Assembly (NCBI GenBank): GCA_951406725.2
Contig: OX597827.1
Location: 81,530,001-81,594,000 of the forward strand
From: Octopus vulgaris
Taxonomy: Eukaryota
Length of the DNA: 64,000 bases
Reading direction: 5' to 3'
Shown piece after piece: positions 13,360 through 28,011 of the stretch. The translations under genes and the position numbers were made by a program. The notes beneath the pieces were generated by a model. It worked only from the letters and a program-made list of their open reading frames with translations, made no database searches and was not told where the DNA came from. Positions within the stretch are counted from its first letter, which is position 1. Every line of letters begins with the position of its first letter.

Positions 13360-14469
13360 CAGGGTGCGATGGGTAAATTGTCACCATTTTATATTTTCAA
13401 TTTTACTCATGCACATTGTTTGGTTTTTGATTTTGTCAACTACACAGTACAGTAGGGTCAGTTGGGCACTTTCTGTGAGAAAAACAGCACCATGAAGCAA
13501 TTCACACTGCCAGAAATTTGGAAATGATATACTGTAATGCTTGGCATTCTTGCCGGAAGCTTCAATATGAACATTTCAGAGTGTTTTGGTGTCAATCTGT
13601 GGACATGTACTGAAAGTGATAAAAATCACATATCCTGACAACATCATGGTGTTTGAAGTGATCACTAGTGATGATGACGTTAAACCTCCATTCATCTTCC
13701 CACTTGGCCTCACACTCAACACACAGGCCTACATCAAGTGCCTGGAGGAGGGAGTGCTCCCTTCAGTCAATAGAAGATACTATATCTGGCAACAGGACTC
13801 TGCACCATTGCCACATAAGCAGAAGAACCCGTTCATGGCTGTCAGTCAATTTCTGTAACCACACCACCCCTAACATCTGCCACCCCTTGATTATTATGTG
13901 TGGGGCGGAGTTGAGCAAGAGACCAACAAAACTCCTTGTAACACCAAAGATGCACTGAAGGCAAGGATTATGGCAGCATTCACCAACTTAAACAAGGAGA
14001 CCATCCAGAAGAGTTGCAGCAGATTCTGAAGTCATCTGGAGGCCATGGTTGAAGCCAATGGCGATTTTATTGAATAAATTTACTCTTTAGTATTTCAAGA
14101 TATTTTAATGAAATTTTTGTATATGAGATCTGTTAAAATGAGATTCTTTTAATGGTTTCAGTCATTTGACTGCGGCTATGCTGGAGTTGAACAAATCAAC
14201 CCCAAGACTTATTCTTTTTAAACCTAGTATGTATTCTATCAGTCTCTTTTGTCACACCACTAAGTTATGGGGATGTAAACACACCAACATTGGTTAAGTG
14301 ATGGGGGGGGGGAACAGAAACACACGCACAGAAATACACACATGCCGAGCTTCTTTCAGTTTCCATCTACAGTGCCATGTGGTTGGGAGGCAAGCTTCTT
14401 ATCACACGGCCATGCTGTGCCTATATCAGTGTTATGTTTATTTTTGCATAATTTAGATGACAGTTTATT

Positions 14470-14475
<6 letters not shown>
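13360..14475 (+). mobile_element. Internally deleted DD37D/maT (Tc1/mariner superfamily) element, interrupted by a family A SINE (~14140-14420, -)
   Basis: Left TIR TA|cagggtgcgatgggtaaattgtc. Transposase remnant IMVFEVITSD...WQQDSAP. Right-end remnant gatgacagtttattcac. Confidence 0.85.
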
Positions 14476-14499
<24 letters not shown>

Positions 14500-14500
<1 letters not shown>

Positions 14501-15050
14501 CATCATCATCATCGTTTAATGTCCGTTTTCCATGCTAGAATGGGTTGGATGGTTTGACCGGAGATCTGGGAAGCCAGGAGGCAGCACGAGGCTCCAGTCT
14601 GATCTGGCAGTGTTTCTACAGCTGGATGCCCTTCCTAATGCCAACCACTCTATGAGTGTAGTAGGTGCTTTTTACATGCCGGCAGCACAGGGGCCAGGGG
14701 AGGCTGGAAAACGGCCATTATTAGTTGGTGCTTTTTACGTGTCACTGGCATGGATGCCAGTCAAGGTGGCGCTGACATCAGCCACGTTCGGATGGTGTTT
14801 TTTACGTGCCACCAGCACAAGTATCACAACTACAATTTCCATTTGATTTTTATTTTGATGTTGATGTACTTGACTCAATAGGTCTCCTCAAGCACAGCAG
14901 GTCACCCTATGATCCAAGGTTAGCACAGCAGGCCATCCTGCGAGCCATGAACTGACTTCATTTGTCGGGTCTTTGCAGTCACAGCATATCTACAGAGGTC
15001 TTGGTCTTTCGTCATAGCCTCTGTGACGCCCAACGTTCGAAGGTCGATCA
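14500..15050 (-). mobile_element. 5'-truncated RTE LINE (ORF C-terminus, 3' UTR and (GAT)n tail)
   Basis: - strand peptide DLRTLGVTEAMTKDQDLCRYAVTAKT is followed by the (GAT)n-tailed repeat. Confidence 0.75.
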
Positions 15051-15790
15051 CAAATATGCAATGCATGGGAATATGAAAGTCTGTGCAAACAGTTTGTGAA
15101 GGTTTTGCATCTTTAATAAAAGCATATTCCTCAAACTTTGGTATTTGAATACTAATCTTTCCCACCTTGTTTTCCATTTATGCGCTTACATCTGCATGTA
15201 TATGTGTGTGTATATATATATATTAATAATATCAAAGGGTAATCAGAAAAATTTGAAATTTCCATTAGCAGTGGCCTAGGCGTCTTATTGATAATTTTTT
15301 GAAAAAGTCGGCATTTTATTTACTGCTGACAAGGAGCTGCTCTTGCGCATTAGATTTGACAAATTAGAATGTATAAGCAAAGGGCATATACTGGATTGCC
15401 CATGTGAGCACGGAAAAGTGGACATTAGACCAATGATGATGATGATGATGAATGTGTGTGTGTGTCTTTGCGTTTCTGCTTATTACCCCCACAACTTTAC
15501 AGCCAGTGTTGGTTTGTTGACATCCCTGTAACCTAGCAGTTTCGCAAAAGAAAAAAAAAACGCTGATAGAATAAGTACCAGTTAGAAAATATAATCCTGG
15601 GTTCAATTTGTTCAACAAAACCCTTCAAGGTGGTGCTCCAGCCTGGGCGCACCCCAAATGACTGAAAGAAGTAAAATGGCAACAACAAAAGCTAAAAACA
15701 CCTGGATAGAGTGTCTCACCTTCAAACCCCTCCACTCACACTCAACACCACCAACATGGAGCCCTCACTCAGCCTCACTTTAAAGTAGAT

Positions 15791-15837
<47 letters not shown>

Positions 15838-16404
15838 ACAGACATTTCTCAAGTGATACAGTGCGGAAACATCACATCATCACGTGGGTTTATTTATATA
15901 TGTATGTGTATGTATGTGTGTGTGTGTGTGGCTGAGTATTGTGCTCATACCTTTACTGTACTATGTGTGTGTGTTTGTGGGTTCACATGAGTTTATATAA
16001 GTGTGTGTGTGTGTGACTTTTACATACATACACAAAACTACATATTGAGTAAGTGGCTGAGCATTGCACTTTACTGTAACATGTATGTGTGTATGTGTGT
16101 GTGTGTGTCTATGTGGGTGTGTGTGTATGTGTTTATGTGTATGTGTGTGTGTGTGTATATGTATGTGTGTGTGGGTGTATGTGTGTGTGTGTGTGTGGTG
16201 TGGGTGTATGTGTGTATGTGGGTATATGTGTGCATGTGGGTGAGTGTATGTGTGTAGGTGGGTGTGGGTGTATGTGTGTAGGTGGGTGTGGGTGTTTGTG
16301 TGTGTGTCTGCGTGTATGTAATTGTATACATCTACCACCTTACCATAATCACTGGTATGAGTTATGAGTTATATGTTACTTACAGCCACACACACACACA
16401 CACC

Positions 16405-16735
16405 TTTTATTCTTTTACTTGTTTCAGTCATTTGATTTTGGCCTTGCTGGAGCACTGCCTTTAGTTGACTAAATCAACCCCAGGACTTATTCTATCAGTG
16501 ACTTTGCTGAATCACTAAGTTATGGGGGAGTAAACACACCAGCTTTGGTTGACAAATGATGATGGGGGGAGACAAACACAAAGACACACCTAAAGATATA
16601 TGACAGGCTTCTTTCAGTTTCCATCTACCAAATGCACTCACAAGGCTTTGGTGAGCCCAGTGCTACAGTAGAAGACTCTTGTCCAGGTTGCCACACAGCA
16701 GGATTGAGCACAGAACCAATGTGACTGGGAAGCCA
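16405..16735 (-). mobile_element. SINE family A
   Basis: Reverse copy, from cttgtttcagtcatttga...gctggagcac to cagaaccaatgtgactgggaagc. Confidence 0.7.
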
Positions 16736-16903
16736 TATATATATATATACATGTATATATATGTATATATATATATATACACACATACACACATGTATGT
16801 ATGCATACACAATTATATTTAGCAATAGACAATCACAATAATTCCTATCTAGATGAATTTTACACAAACACAAACATTCACATTAACATAGAGGTAATCA
16901 TAG

Positions 16904-16949
<46 letters not shown>

Positions 16950-17038
16950 CATACATACAGAAGCTCATATGCTTATACATATGAATATATAATACATATA
17001 TATAAGTAAATTCATATGAATATATATATATATATGTA

Positions 17039-17109
<71 letters not shown>

Positions 17110-17334
17110 ATGAATGTGTGTGTGTGTATGTACATTATACACAAAGGTCCAAGTATGCCAACCATTCTTGTCTCTTTAGATGAAAATTTCTACTTATATA
17201 TATATGTATGTATATGTTTATATATACTTATACATACAAAAAGCCTGACCACATTGCTGTATGTGAAATATATCACTCTCCCACACACAAACACAAACAC
17301 ACAGACATTCAAATGTGCACACACCTATACATAC

Positions 17335-17377
<43 letters not shown>

Positions 17378-19126
17378 GAGGAAGGAGGTCACACACACTC
17401 GCACACATACACACAGCATCAGTCTATTATACATCCCCCCACATGTCTACAGTCTCATGTACACTGACCAGCTACTCACATGCAACACAACAGAGACAGG
17501 AACACATACACACAAACTGTGCATGGCTCTATAAAATATCAACACATACACACAGAAATTTGTATATACACATAAGTGCACCCATGCTCACAAACACACA
17601 AGAGTATACATGCTATATACACACCTGTTCTTATTTTTTGGTTAAATGTATGTATATATGTAGATATATGTATATATGCCAACACAGTTATATGTCTAGA
17701 CTTATATAGACAGACACTCATACAGAGTGACACAGCAGCCACTTGCCCTATATAGTTTATATAGTGTAAACACACACACACATAGTGTGTGTGTCAGTGT
17801 GTCTATGATATATAATATATATGTGTATATATAGATATATCATCATACATATATATATATACATGTATGTCCATATATGAATATATATACATATATATAT
17901 ACATACATACAAATATATGTAGTAAACATTCACACGCACACATATATATATAAACATTGATGGACATAACATATACAGGTACACACACTCACATATATAG
18001 GTGTTAATACACACACATATATGCATACAGACACACATTCATAGACATACAGTTAGACACCTTCAAACCTACATAGACACATCTTTGGGGACTCACAAAG
18101 CTACACACAAACTCTTACATAAATATACAAACTCACACACACACACATATAAGCATAAACATATACACATTCACAGACACAAATATAGATATACACAAAC
18201 ACACATACACACACAAAAATACAAACACACCGACAAACAGAAACACACACACAAACACTCAAACACACACACAAGCTCACTGAGACAAACACACACAAGC
18301 TCACACACACTCCCCCATCCCTTCTCTTTCCAGTGAAAAATTGCTGAGATGAGATTGTATTTGTAAAGTCAGCAGTTTTTTTGCAGCGTGTAAGAGGAGC
18401 CAGCTGCACTGCACAGAGGACAGCTGTAGTGTATGGGACAACAGATGCACATTACAGAAACACAGCTGCACTACATTCAAGACAACAGGAACTATAGATG
18501 CAGTTTGTGCATCAGAACTTCCAGGTAGAACAGCTTCACGGAGTAGCGCAAAGTTTGGTGCATTTCACTGCAGAGGGGTGCACCACATGAAAGTTTGTTG
18601 CAGGTTATACGAGTTAAGTGCAGTGCGTGCAAGTTAAACACATGTGCACATTTTCCAGATTGTGTTTGGAAATGGTGCAGTGTCCAGCATAGAGCTGCAA
18701 CACACATACATAGATACATACACACACACACACATATATATATATATTTATACATACAGGATTTGGCCGGTGCATTATCTGAGGAACAGATGCAGTGTTT
18801 ACATACATGTGGACATTATTATACATTGATGCACGAATTAATTACAGTGAATGCAGAATTTCCGGTGTTTTCATGCTGCAACACGCTATAATGCATATAT
18901 GTAAGGTGAGTTTGCACTTTTGGTAAAAACTTTGCACATTACTGCAAAATGATGGATTATATTGTTGTGGTTGTTGTACTTTTTGCGCTGTTCTTGTGCT
19001 TTTCTTGACGTGGTGTTGGTGGTTGTACAGATGTCAGGGGGGCACATTGGTTTTCGTGAAAATCATATGGAAGCAAGTAAGGAATAATACACAATCATAC
19101 ATACAGATGAACACACACGTGTGTGC

Positions 19127-19176
<50 letters not shown>

Positions 19177-19460
19177 ATCTATCTATATATATATATATAT
19201 AAGTATGTATTTATTTATTTATTTATGGATATGTATATATGTATTTATTGAGAGGGACTTCAAAGTTTTGCTGGTTATGCGATTCAACTATTAAAAAAAT
19301 AGATGTAGTGCACCTGAACACTGGATACAATAATTCTATTATCTATCTGTCTGATGCCTGTATGTCTAATTATCTAACTATTTATACATGTGTGTGTGTG
19401 TGTGTGTATATATATACATACATGTATGTATGTATATATATATGCCCCTTTGTGTATATA

Positions 19461-19500
<40 letters not shown>

Positions 19501-19532
19501 TATATGTGTGTGTATATATATATATACATATA

Positions 19533-19576
<44 letters not shown>

Positions 19577-19680
19577 TATATATGTGAGTGTATATATATA
19601 TATACACACACACATATATATGTGAGTGTGTGTATATATATATATATACATATATACATATATAAATATATACATATATA

Positions 19681-19758
<78 letters not shown>

Positions 19759-21456
19759 TTATTTATTTATACACACACACACACATACATTTTTATATAT
19801 TTAAAATACATATGCCCAAATATAATATGCCCTAAAGGGGGTTTCTCCCCTGAGGACCACCTGCGGTTACGCTCTCCCCGAGTTTCTTTCCACAGACATA
19901 GGCATATATTCATTAAATATAGTTTATTAAGGATTCTTCATGTGTTGTGTTTCCGCGCTCACATTGTCACAGATCTAATTTAATTTATTTTGATTATTTC
20001 TCAAACCCATCTTTGTAAGGGGTGACTGGGTGTTTGGATGAGGTAAAAATGGGACAAGCCAAATGCTTGTGCGTGTGTTTATATCTGTGTATGTGTGTGT
20101 TAATATAGGCATGTAAGGCTGTGTGCATGTATGTCTGTATATACATCTGCACAAACACTTACACACACACATATAAATATATACATGCACTCATACATGA
20201 TGGGCTTCTTTCAGTTTCCATCTGCCAAAGCCACTCACAAAGCTTTTGTAGGCTTAGTGGTATTGTAGAAGATACCCCAAGTGCTACACATGGCCAGCAA
20301 TACACACACACACCCTACTTCTTTCTACCCACCACAACTCATGCATCATTAGTCACCCCCCCCTTGCTCTCTACTCACTGCATCCACTATTCAATGGTAT
20401 CCAGTCATTCCAGATGTCTCCTCCACCCATTCCCCTTATTCACTCCTCCCCACACTAACACCTTCCACCCATCTACACTCCCACTTCCTCTGTCCTGGTT
20501 CAATTCTACACAAACACCCTATCACCACTGTTTTTATCACTTCACTCTCCATCTTGAGCCCTTCCCACCCAAGATAAAAACTTCTCTCTTCCAAAATATG
20601 AGCAACCATGTACGAGCCCCACTACAGCAAATAACCTGCTCTACTATGGTCCCTTATCTCATGCTGTAACCCCTCATTTCCTAACATGAAACTGCCTCCG
20701 TTCTGTGCTCATAGACTTGCCAGCTGCATGACAACCCCATTGGTGCTGGTGCCAGGAGAAAAGCACACAACACACACTGTAAGGAAGTTGGAATTAGGAA
20801 GGGCATCCGAATGTGGAGACTGTGACAAAGCAGACCTCGGACCAACCACATCCTGTCAAACCACCCAGACTCAAACTAGACCAGCATGGAACATGTATGT
20901 TAAATGATGATGATGATGACAATGATGATGATCAAGGTTCCTATTTTGGGTTGGTCGGATGGCAGAATTGCTGTGCGTTGGCTGAGAAGCTTCTCGTTCT
21001 TGTTGCAACTCTTTGCATTAATCTCGCAATGTCTGTGACTATATCAGTGCCAAACACCTTGGAAAACACTGATGATATTGACAAGGGTACATTTACTACT
21101 TGGTCATCTACTGGTCATTTATGAATAAACTAGGGGCACTGGCCCTTATTTCATAAAGGAGCTCTTATTGTTGACCTGGGGTCTCACAGACTAACATCTA
21201 CAATATATAATATGACTCCAGAATCCATACAACTGGACACAAATAAGATTGGACAAGGGTGTAAAATGGTGTAGGTGGGTGATGATGATGATGATGATAG
21301 TGGTGGCTATGTCAATGGGGAGGTAGTGGTGGTGGTTAATATAAATATATTCGTTTGGAAAATATGTTGGTAGCTAGACGTTTCCTGAAGGAGGGACTTT
21401 TAATGAGACAATATTTATGACTATTTCTTACATCCATCTATCCATACATACATATA

Positions 21457-22311
21457 CAGGGTGTGATGGATAAATTGTTGCCATTTTATGTTTTATATTT
21501 CGTACATGCACATTGTTTTTGATTTTGTCAACTACACAGTATAGTAGGGTTAGTTGGGCACTGTCTGTGAGAAAAACAGTACCATAACACGATTCATTCT
21601 GCCACAAATTTAAAAACGACATGCTGTACTTGCTGGAAGCTCCAATACGAACATATCAGAGTGTTTGGGTGTCAATCTGTGGACATGTACCGAGAGTGAT
21701 AAAAATCAAACATCCAGTCAACATCATGGTGTTTGGAGTGATCACTAGTGATGGTGAGGTCATGATTCCATTCATCTTTCCACGCAGCCTCAGACTCAAC
21801 ACCGAGGCCTACATCAAGTGCCTGGTGGAGGTAGTGCTGCCCTGGGCCAAGAGAGTGGCTGCTGGAAGACCCTATGTCTGGCAACAGGACTCTGCACCAT
21901 GCCAGACAAACAGGAGAACCCTGTCATGGCTGTCAGACAACTTCTGAGACCACATCACCCTTAACATCTGGCCACCTTACTCCCCAGACTGCAACCCCTT
22001 GATTATTATGTGTAGGGCGTAGTTGAGTAAGAGACAAATAAAATTCCTTGTAACACCAAAGATGGACTGAAGGCAAGTATTATGGCAGCACTCACCAACT
22101 TAAACGAAGAGACCATCCAGAAGAGTTGCAGGGAATTCCAAAGTTGTCTGGAGGCCATGGTTGAAGCCAATGGCAATTTTACTGAATAAATTTACTCTTT
22201 AGTATTTCAAGATATTTTTATGTAATTTTGGTAAATATATCTGTTAAAATGAAATGTCAGCGTTATTTTCGTTTTTGTGTAATATACACGACAGTTTATT
22301 CACTGCACCCT
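21457..22311 (+). mobile_element. Internally deleted DD37D/maT element with both TIRs
   Basis: TIRs cagggtgtgatggataaattgttg and cgacagtttattcactgcaccct. Remnant PVNIMVFGVITSDG...WQQDSAPC...WPP.SPDCNPLDYY has 37 residues between the second and third catalytic Asp. Confidence 0.9.
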
Positions 22312-22463
22312 CTCTCTCTATATATATATATAATATACATACATATGTCCATATACACATATATGCATACATATGCATACACACAGGCACTAACATATGT
22401 AAATATATATACATGTATGTATGTATATATATGTGTGTGTGTGTGTGTATAGAGAGAGGGAGA

Positions 22464-22502
<39 letters not shown>

Positions 22503-22539
22503 ATAGAGAGAGAGAGAGACAGACAGACAGATAACATGG

Positions 22540-22860
22540 AAGCTGGTAAGAGTGGGCATTTAAGAAGTTTTGTTTTGCCAGCAATGAATTCCCTGGTTCA
22601 ATTCCTGGTGGTGCTTTGTGTGTTTGGGCTACACACTCTATTTCATCTGACTCTGGTCCACTCAATTGGCAAAAAATTAGTGGTACCTGTAATTCCAAAG
22701 GGGCCAGCCTTGTCCTCCTCTTTGTCATATTGAATATTCCTGAGAACTACATTAAGAGTAAGTGTGTCTGTGGAGTACTCAGCCACTTGCATGTTAATTT
22801 CAAAAGCAGGCTGTTCCGTTGATCAGATCAACTGGAATCCTCATCATCATAACCAATGGT
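22540..22860 (+). mobile_element. Possible third SINE family (tRNA-like head)
   Basis: B-box-like ctggttcaattcc near the 5' end and a repeat-like body. It is single-copy in this window, so support is weak. Confidence 0.35.
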
Positions 22861-23253
22861 GAGCCAGCACTGGGGTACTCAGCCACTCCATACAAGGATT
22901 CCTTGAGTAGCCATCTTGAAAAAGAGGAATCCATTGTCATCCTCCTCAGTATTAACATTGCTTCAATGTCCACTTTTGTCCATTTTTCAATGCCTGTATG
23001 GGTCAGACCTAATTTGTTGAGGCAGATTTTCTATGGCTGGATGCCTTTCCTGTTCCCAACAAAAGTAATATTTCCCTGTGGCCTGACATGTTTTCATGAA
23101 AGATTGGAAAAGAATCCCATAGTATGTTAGACAATGATAATTGTTGACAACTATGGCATGATGTTAACACACACACACAACAAGCTTCTTTCAGTTTCCA
23201 TCCACCAAATTGACTCAAAGCTTCAGTTTGCTCAGGTTTTAAGTGAAAGACCC

Positions 23254-23292
<39 letters not shown>

Positions 23293-23416
23293 ACTTACAT
23301 ACATTATATTATATTATGTAATAAATATATATGTATGTATGTGGCTTGCCAGCCCTCAGTCAAACTATCCAGCCCATGCTAACATGTAAAGCAGGCAATG
23401 ATGATGATGATGATGA

Positions 23417-23451
<35 letters not shown>

Positions 23452-23699
23452 ATGTGGGTTGCTAACTCACAATTTTACAACCTACAGGCAGAAATATATA
23501 CGCCAGTAAAGTACAAAGGACACTGCTAAGCACCAGTATTGCTAGAAATAAGAGTCAAAACAACTCAATAGCCACAGAAAGCATACCCTAATGAGCTGAA
23601 AAGAAAGGCAATATTACAATGAAAACTTTATTACCCTCAAATGATATACCCCAGAGCTTGTTACTATATTTGCTAAACTCCTTAGTTTGTTACTCCCTA

Positions 23700-24900
23700 C
23701 AGGGAAGCACACACCAATGTGTCCCATTCCAAAGAAAGGAAACTTCTCTGTCAAATCCTTCTTATGTCTCTCACCTCTAACTTCTCCAACATCTTGAATC
23801 CCTTCCTCATCTCAGTGCAAATCATTACAGCTTCTACAGAGCCAGATCCCTTGGTGACCTACTCTTTTATGCCATTAACCAGTGGGTTAGCATTAGATTT
23901 GGTGAAAGCAATGAGATATGTCCTAAATATAAGAAAAGATTTCAACTGTGTCTTCTATGTAAATCCCCTGTCAAAACTCTCTGCCTATGGATTCTTCCCA
24001 TCTCTCAGTCAGTTGACAGAACCCTTTCTGCTCTACCCATAACCCACTCTAGTGTTCCCTAGGGGCCAGTTTTGTCCCCCACTCTGCTCCTTCTATACAC
24101 CAATGACTTACTTACCATCATCTCCTACACAGATAACTTTCCCTGATCATACTTTGTCCATACACTGTCTGGGCACTTCATACCAAGTTTGCACTCATTC
24201 CATAAACAGGGACCTTGAAACCCTCCTCCAAAGTGGGGCCAGGCCAGTGTTGCTTCTTTTCACAGAAAAACTTTAAAACCACTCATATCAAGAAAATACA
24301 ACTGTACTGCTCCACTTCTAAACATGAGTGACACTCAGGCAGAGTCCTCAGACTTTCTCCAAATGCCAGGTTTCACTATCACCCAAGGTTTTCACCTGGT
24401 AAAAGCACATCATTAGGATAACAAGGACTGCATTCCAAAAATTGGCCCTTTTATTATTCAAGGCCAGAAAACATTTCAGCTCCCCACAGCTGCTGATGTT
24501 CTATTAAGGTCCACAAGAGAGAGCAGTACAACCATGTGGGAAGGGTGCTACTGTTACAATACATCCAGATGTCCTGGATCCCCTCTAGAGAAGAACCCCT
24601 GGACTAAATGATATTCAATCCCCTATGGACATGCCCTAGCTTCTGTCTTTCTTATTTCTACATTAACATCTGTTTCTGGGAGTTGGCTGATTTTTGCATC
24701 TTCACTACTTGGACATTTCCAATTCTTTCATCTTTTCATTTCTCATTGCTTTTGGTGCTTCCAAAAAACTCAGCCTTGCATTAACCGATATTCCCAGTCC
24801 TTTCTTCCTAGAATATAATCCTTCTGGAATCTTCTCCTTCCTTATCATTTCTCTCTTCCATCTGTTGAAACGGAACATTAACATAATTAACTCCTACAGC
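23700..24900 (+). mobile_element. Old CR1/Jockey-group LINE reverse transcriptase remnant
   Basis: Frame-broken fragments KLSAYGFFPSL and VP.G..LSPTLLLLYTNDLL (RT VPQGSVL.P.LF..Y.ND motif). Confidence 0.55.
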
Positions 24901-25763
24901 AATCATGAAGGGCCTGTAAAGGTTATGGACTCTGCCTCATCATTCTGACCCAGAAAGTAAAAAAGACATATCAGAGTTTAAACTCCCTGTGTAGTGAGAT
25001 ACGTAAGGCAGTAATTTCCATCCATCTTGGTCCATCTTCTGCAATTCTTCCTTGAAAGTCTCATGTCAGGTATTTCATTATGTCATTGCAAACATTACAT
25101 GTTGAGTGGCAGCAAGAGACCTGTCATGTGATCTCACATGCAACCTGTCATGTGACCTGACATGTGACATGCCAGGTAACCTAACCTGGTGAAGTCTTTC
25201 TAGTTTTACTATATTTGAGATTTCCATATTTAAAAATCTGTCTTGCCAGATGTCTTCAAGGATCTTCTATGGACATTCCAAAATACATACTGATGCCGAA
25301 AGAAGAGCTGCAGTCAGTATGAACCTTGCTGGTTGTGCTCCAGCTTGGCCACACTTAATACTGACTGCAATGATGGAAAGTCCAAATATATACATAAGCA
25401 TATATATATATAAAGTGTGTGTGTATACAAAAGAATTTATACACAATTGGGTTTCAATTCTCACAACTGTTTCAGAAGTATTTTTTATTGATGCCTTCTT
25501 AGATTACATCAGAGCAAACACCTGCCATTGTCAGGTAAATTTTAAACATATAAATAGATGAGGTAAAATCAGAAGATGACCACTTCACCAACTACCATGG
25601 TGATACATACATACACACACACACATATATATATATACACATACACAAAACATATATAAATACAAATATATATAAGCATGTATATACACATATATAAATA
25701 TACAAATGCACATATATACATTTTTATATATATACATATATATACATAAACATTTATATACAT

Positions 25764-25812
<49 letters not shown>

Positions 25813-26739
25813 TACATATATATAAACACACACACATATATATATATACATACACACACTCATATTTGCTTGTATAAGACTGTTTGAATTGCTGGCACAT
25901 GATTTCATTATATTGACAGCAATAGTAAAAAGAAACAGTAAATTATAGAGTGAAATTTAAGTGTGACATACAATAGAATAACTAACACCAACACCAACCA
26001 TACCACCACCACCACCACCACCACCACCACCACCACCACCACCACCACCACCTCTGTTATCAACCATTCTATGAGACCAAACAAACCTCAACCTATTCTA
26101 TTACAATTCTATAGAGCTCACCTACTTCATTCTATAGAACCATAGTAATAGAACTTCCTTCATTTCATTATGTATTTTCTTCTGAGGATACAGAAGAATT
26201 TTGTTTGTTAATTCAATGAAAGAGACAAGTCAATAGAAGGGGATGTTTCTATTAAGGGGACATATCTACAGAGGGGTCTCGTTTATAGAGGTGGCCTGTC
26301 TCTAGCAAGGGATCATTCTATACAATAGAGGGGAGAACTATCCCTATATTTAAGAACTATCTTCAATAACAACATCACCATCACAACCAGTAGTGGTGGT
26401 GATTGTGAAGGTGGTAGTTATACACACATATACACACACACACATATACACATATATAGCACACACATATGTATATATACATATTTCTGTGTGTGTGTGT
26501 ATGTGTATATTTGTATCTATCTATCTATCTATCTATCTAGGAATTGAATAATAAACCATGAACAATGGAATATTTATTATTATTATTATTATTTATACTA
26601 CTTATTATACACAAATACAATATAAATATTAATATTGTTCAGTAAAATAGACCTATTCATCCTACATGCATGCAACCTTACATATATCACTATTTATCTA
26701 TCTGTCTGTCTATCTGTGTGTGTGTGTATGTGTGCGTGA

Positions 26740-26782
<43 letters not shown>

Positions 26783-27049
26783 TTTATTTATATATACACA
26801 CCTATAAGTAGCTAGATGTAGAGTCCAGTGAAATTTGGTCTAGTGACCCAGAGGTCATTGTTTTCAGACAGATGAACACTAACCTAATAATAGTGAAGAG
26901 ATAGTAAACAGACTCTCTGATTTGCTGCTATCCTCTATGATGTCACTGTGTTGTGAAGTTAGACTTCACCAGGAGATGTCTGTGTGCCTGTCTGTCTGCA
27001 CGTCTGTTGCTTGTATTTCTTCGTTGTGGCACCTCTCTTAGGTTTGGCT

Positions 27050-27670
27050 CTCACACCTTCAACTCATGATGATGATGATGGTGGTAGTGTTGGTAGTGGT
27101 GGTGGTGGCCATGATTGTACCGGTACTGGTATAACGGACAAGGTGCTGTAGTGGTGGCGATAGTGGTAGTGGTGATGGTGGTAGTGTGTGGTAGTGGTGA
27201 TGGTGGTGGTGGTGGCCATGATTGTACCGGTACTGGTATAACGGACAAGGTGGTGTGGTGGTGGTGCTGTAGTGGTGGCAATGGTGGTAGTGTTGTTAGT
27301 GGTGATGGTGGTGGTGATGGTCATGATTGTATCGGTGCTGGTATAATGGATAAGGTGGTGTATGGTATGATGGTGGTGTAGTGGTGGTGGTGGTGAGTAA
27401 TACACATGGTGGTGTGTGGTAGTGGTGGTTGTGATATATGAGGGTGAAGGTGGAGGTGGTGGTCGTACTTGTGGTTGGAAGTGGTAGTGGTGGTTGTACT
27501 GGTGGTGGTGATGGTGGTAGTGGTCTTAAACAGAGTGGTGTGTTGTGTGGTGGTTGTGGAGGTGGTGGTCTTACATAAGGTGGGGGTGGTCAGATTGTGT
27601 TTGTAGTTGTGGTCACAGTATGTGGTGGTGGTGGTGATGATGATGATGATGATGATGGTGGTCATGAGGT
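27050..27670. repeat. (GGT)n-rich low-complexity region with three copies of a ~40-bp unit at 105-107 bp spacing
   Basis: ggccatgattgtaccggtactggtataacggacaaggtg at 27107 and 27214, with a degenerate copy at 27319. Confidence 0.8.
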
Positions 27671-27980
27671 CAGCAGAGGGGAGAGGGGGGTACACTTTAG
27701 CTACATGTATGTTGATGTGTGTAATTATGTATGTGTATGTATTGTATATACATTTTGTGTGTGTATGTGTGTGCATGTATATATATGTGTATATATATGT
27801 ATATACACATATATATATATAAAATGTATATGTATGTATATCTAAAACATATATATGCACACACATATATACATGTGTGTGCGTATGTATGTGTCCTATA
27901 TACATTTTATATACATACATACATATATATATATACATATATATATATACATATACGCACACTTACATATATACATACAC

Positions 27981-28011
<31 letters not shown>

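Noticed and set aside
19835-19970. CTGAGGA-containing segment as a possible hammerhead
   Set aside because: No GAAA core follows the putative stem II.
27107-27360. CRISPR-like repeat-spacer appearance
   Set aside because: Eukaryotic context, only three units, low-complexity related spacers and no cas genes.
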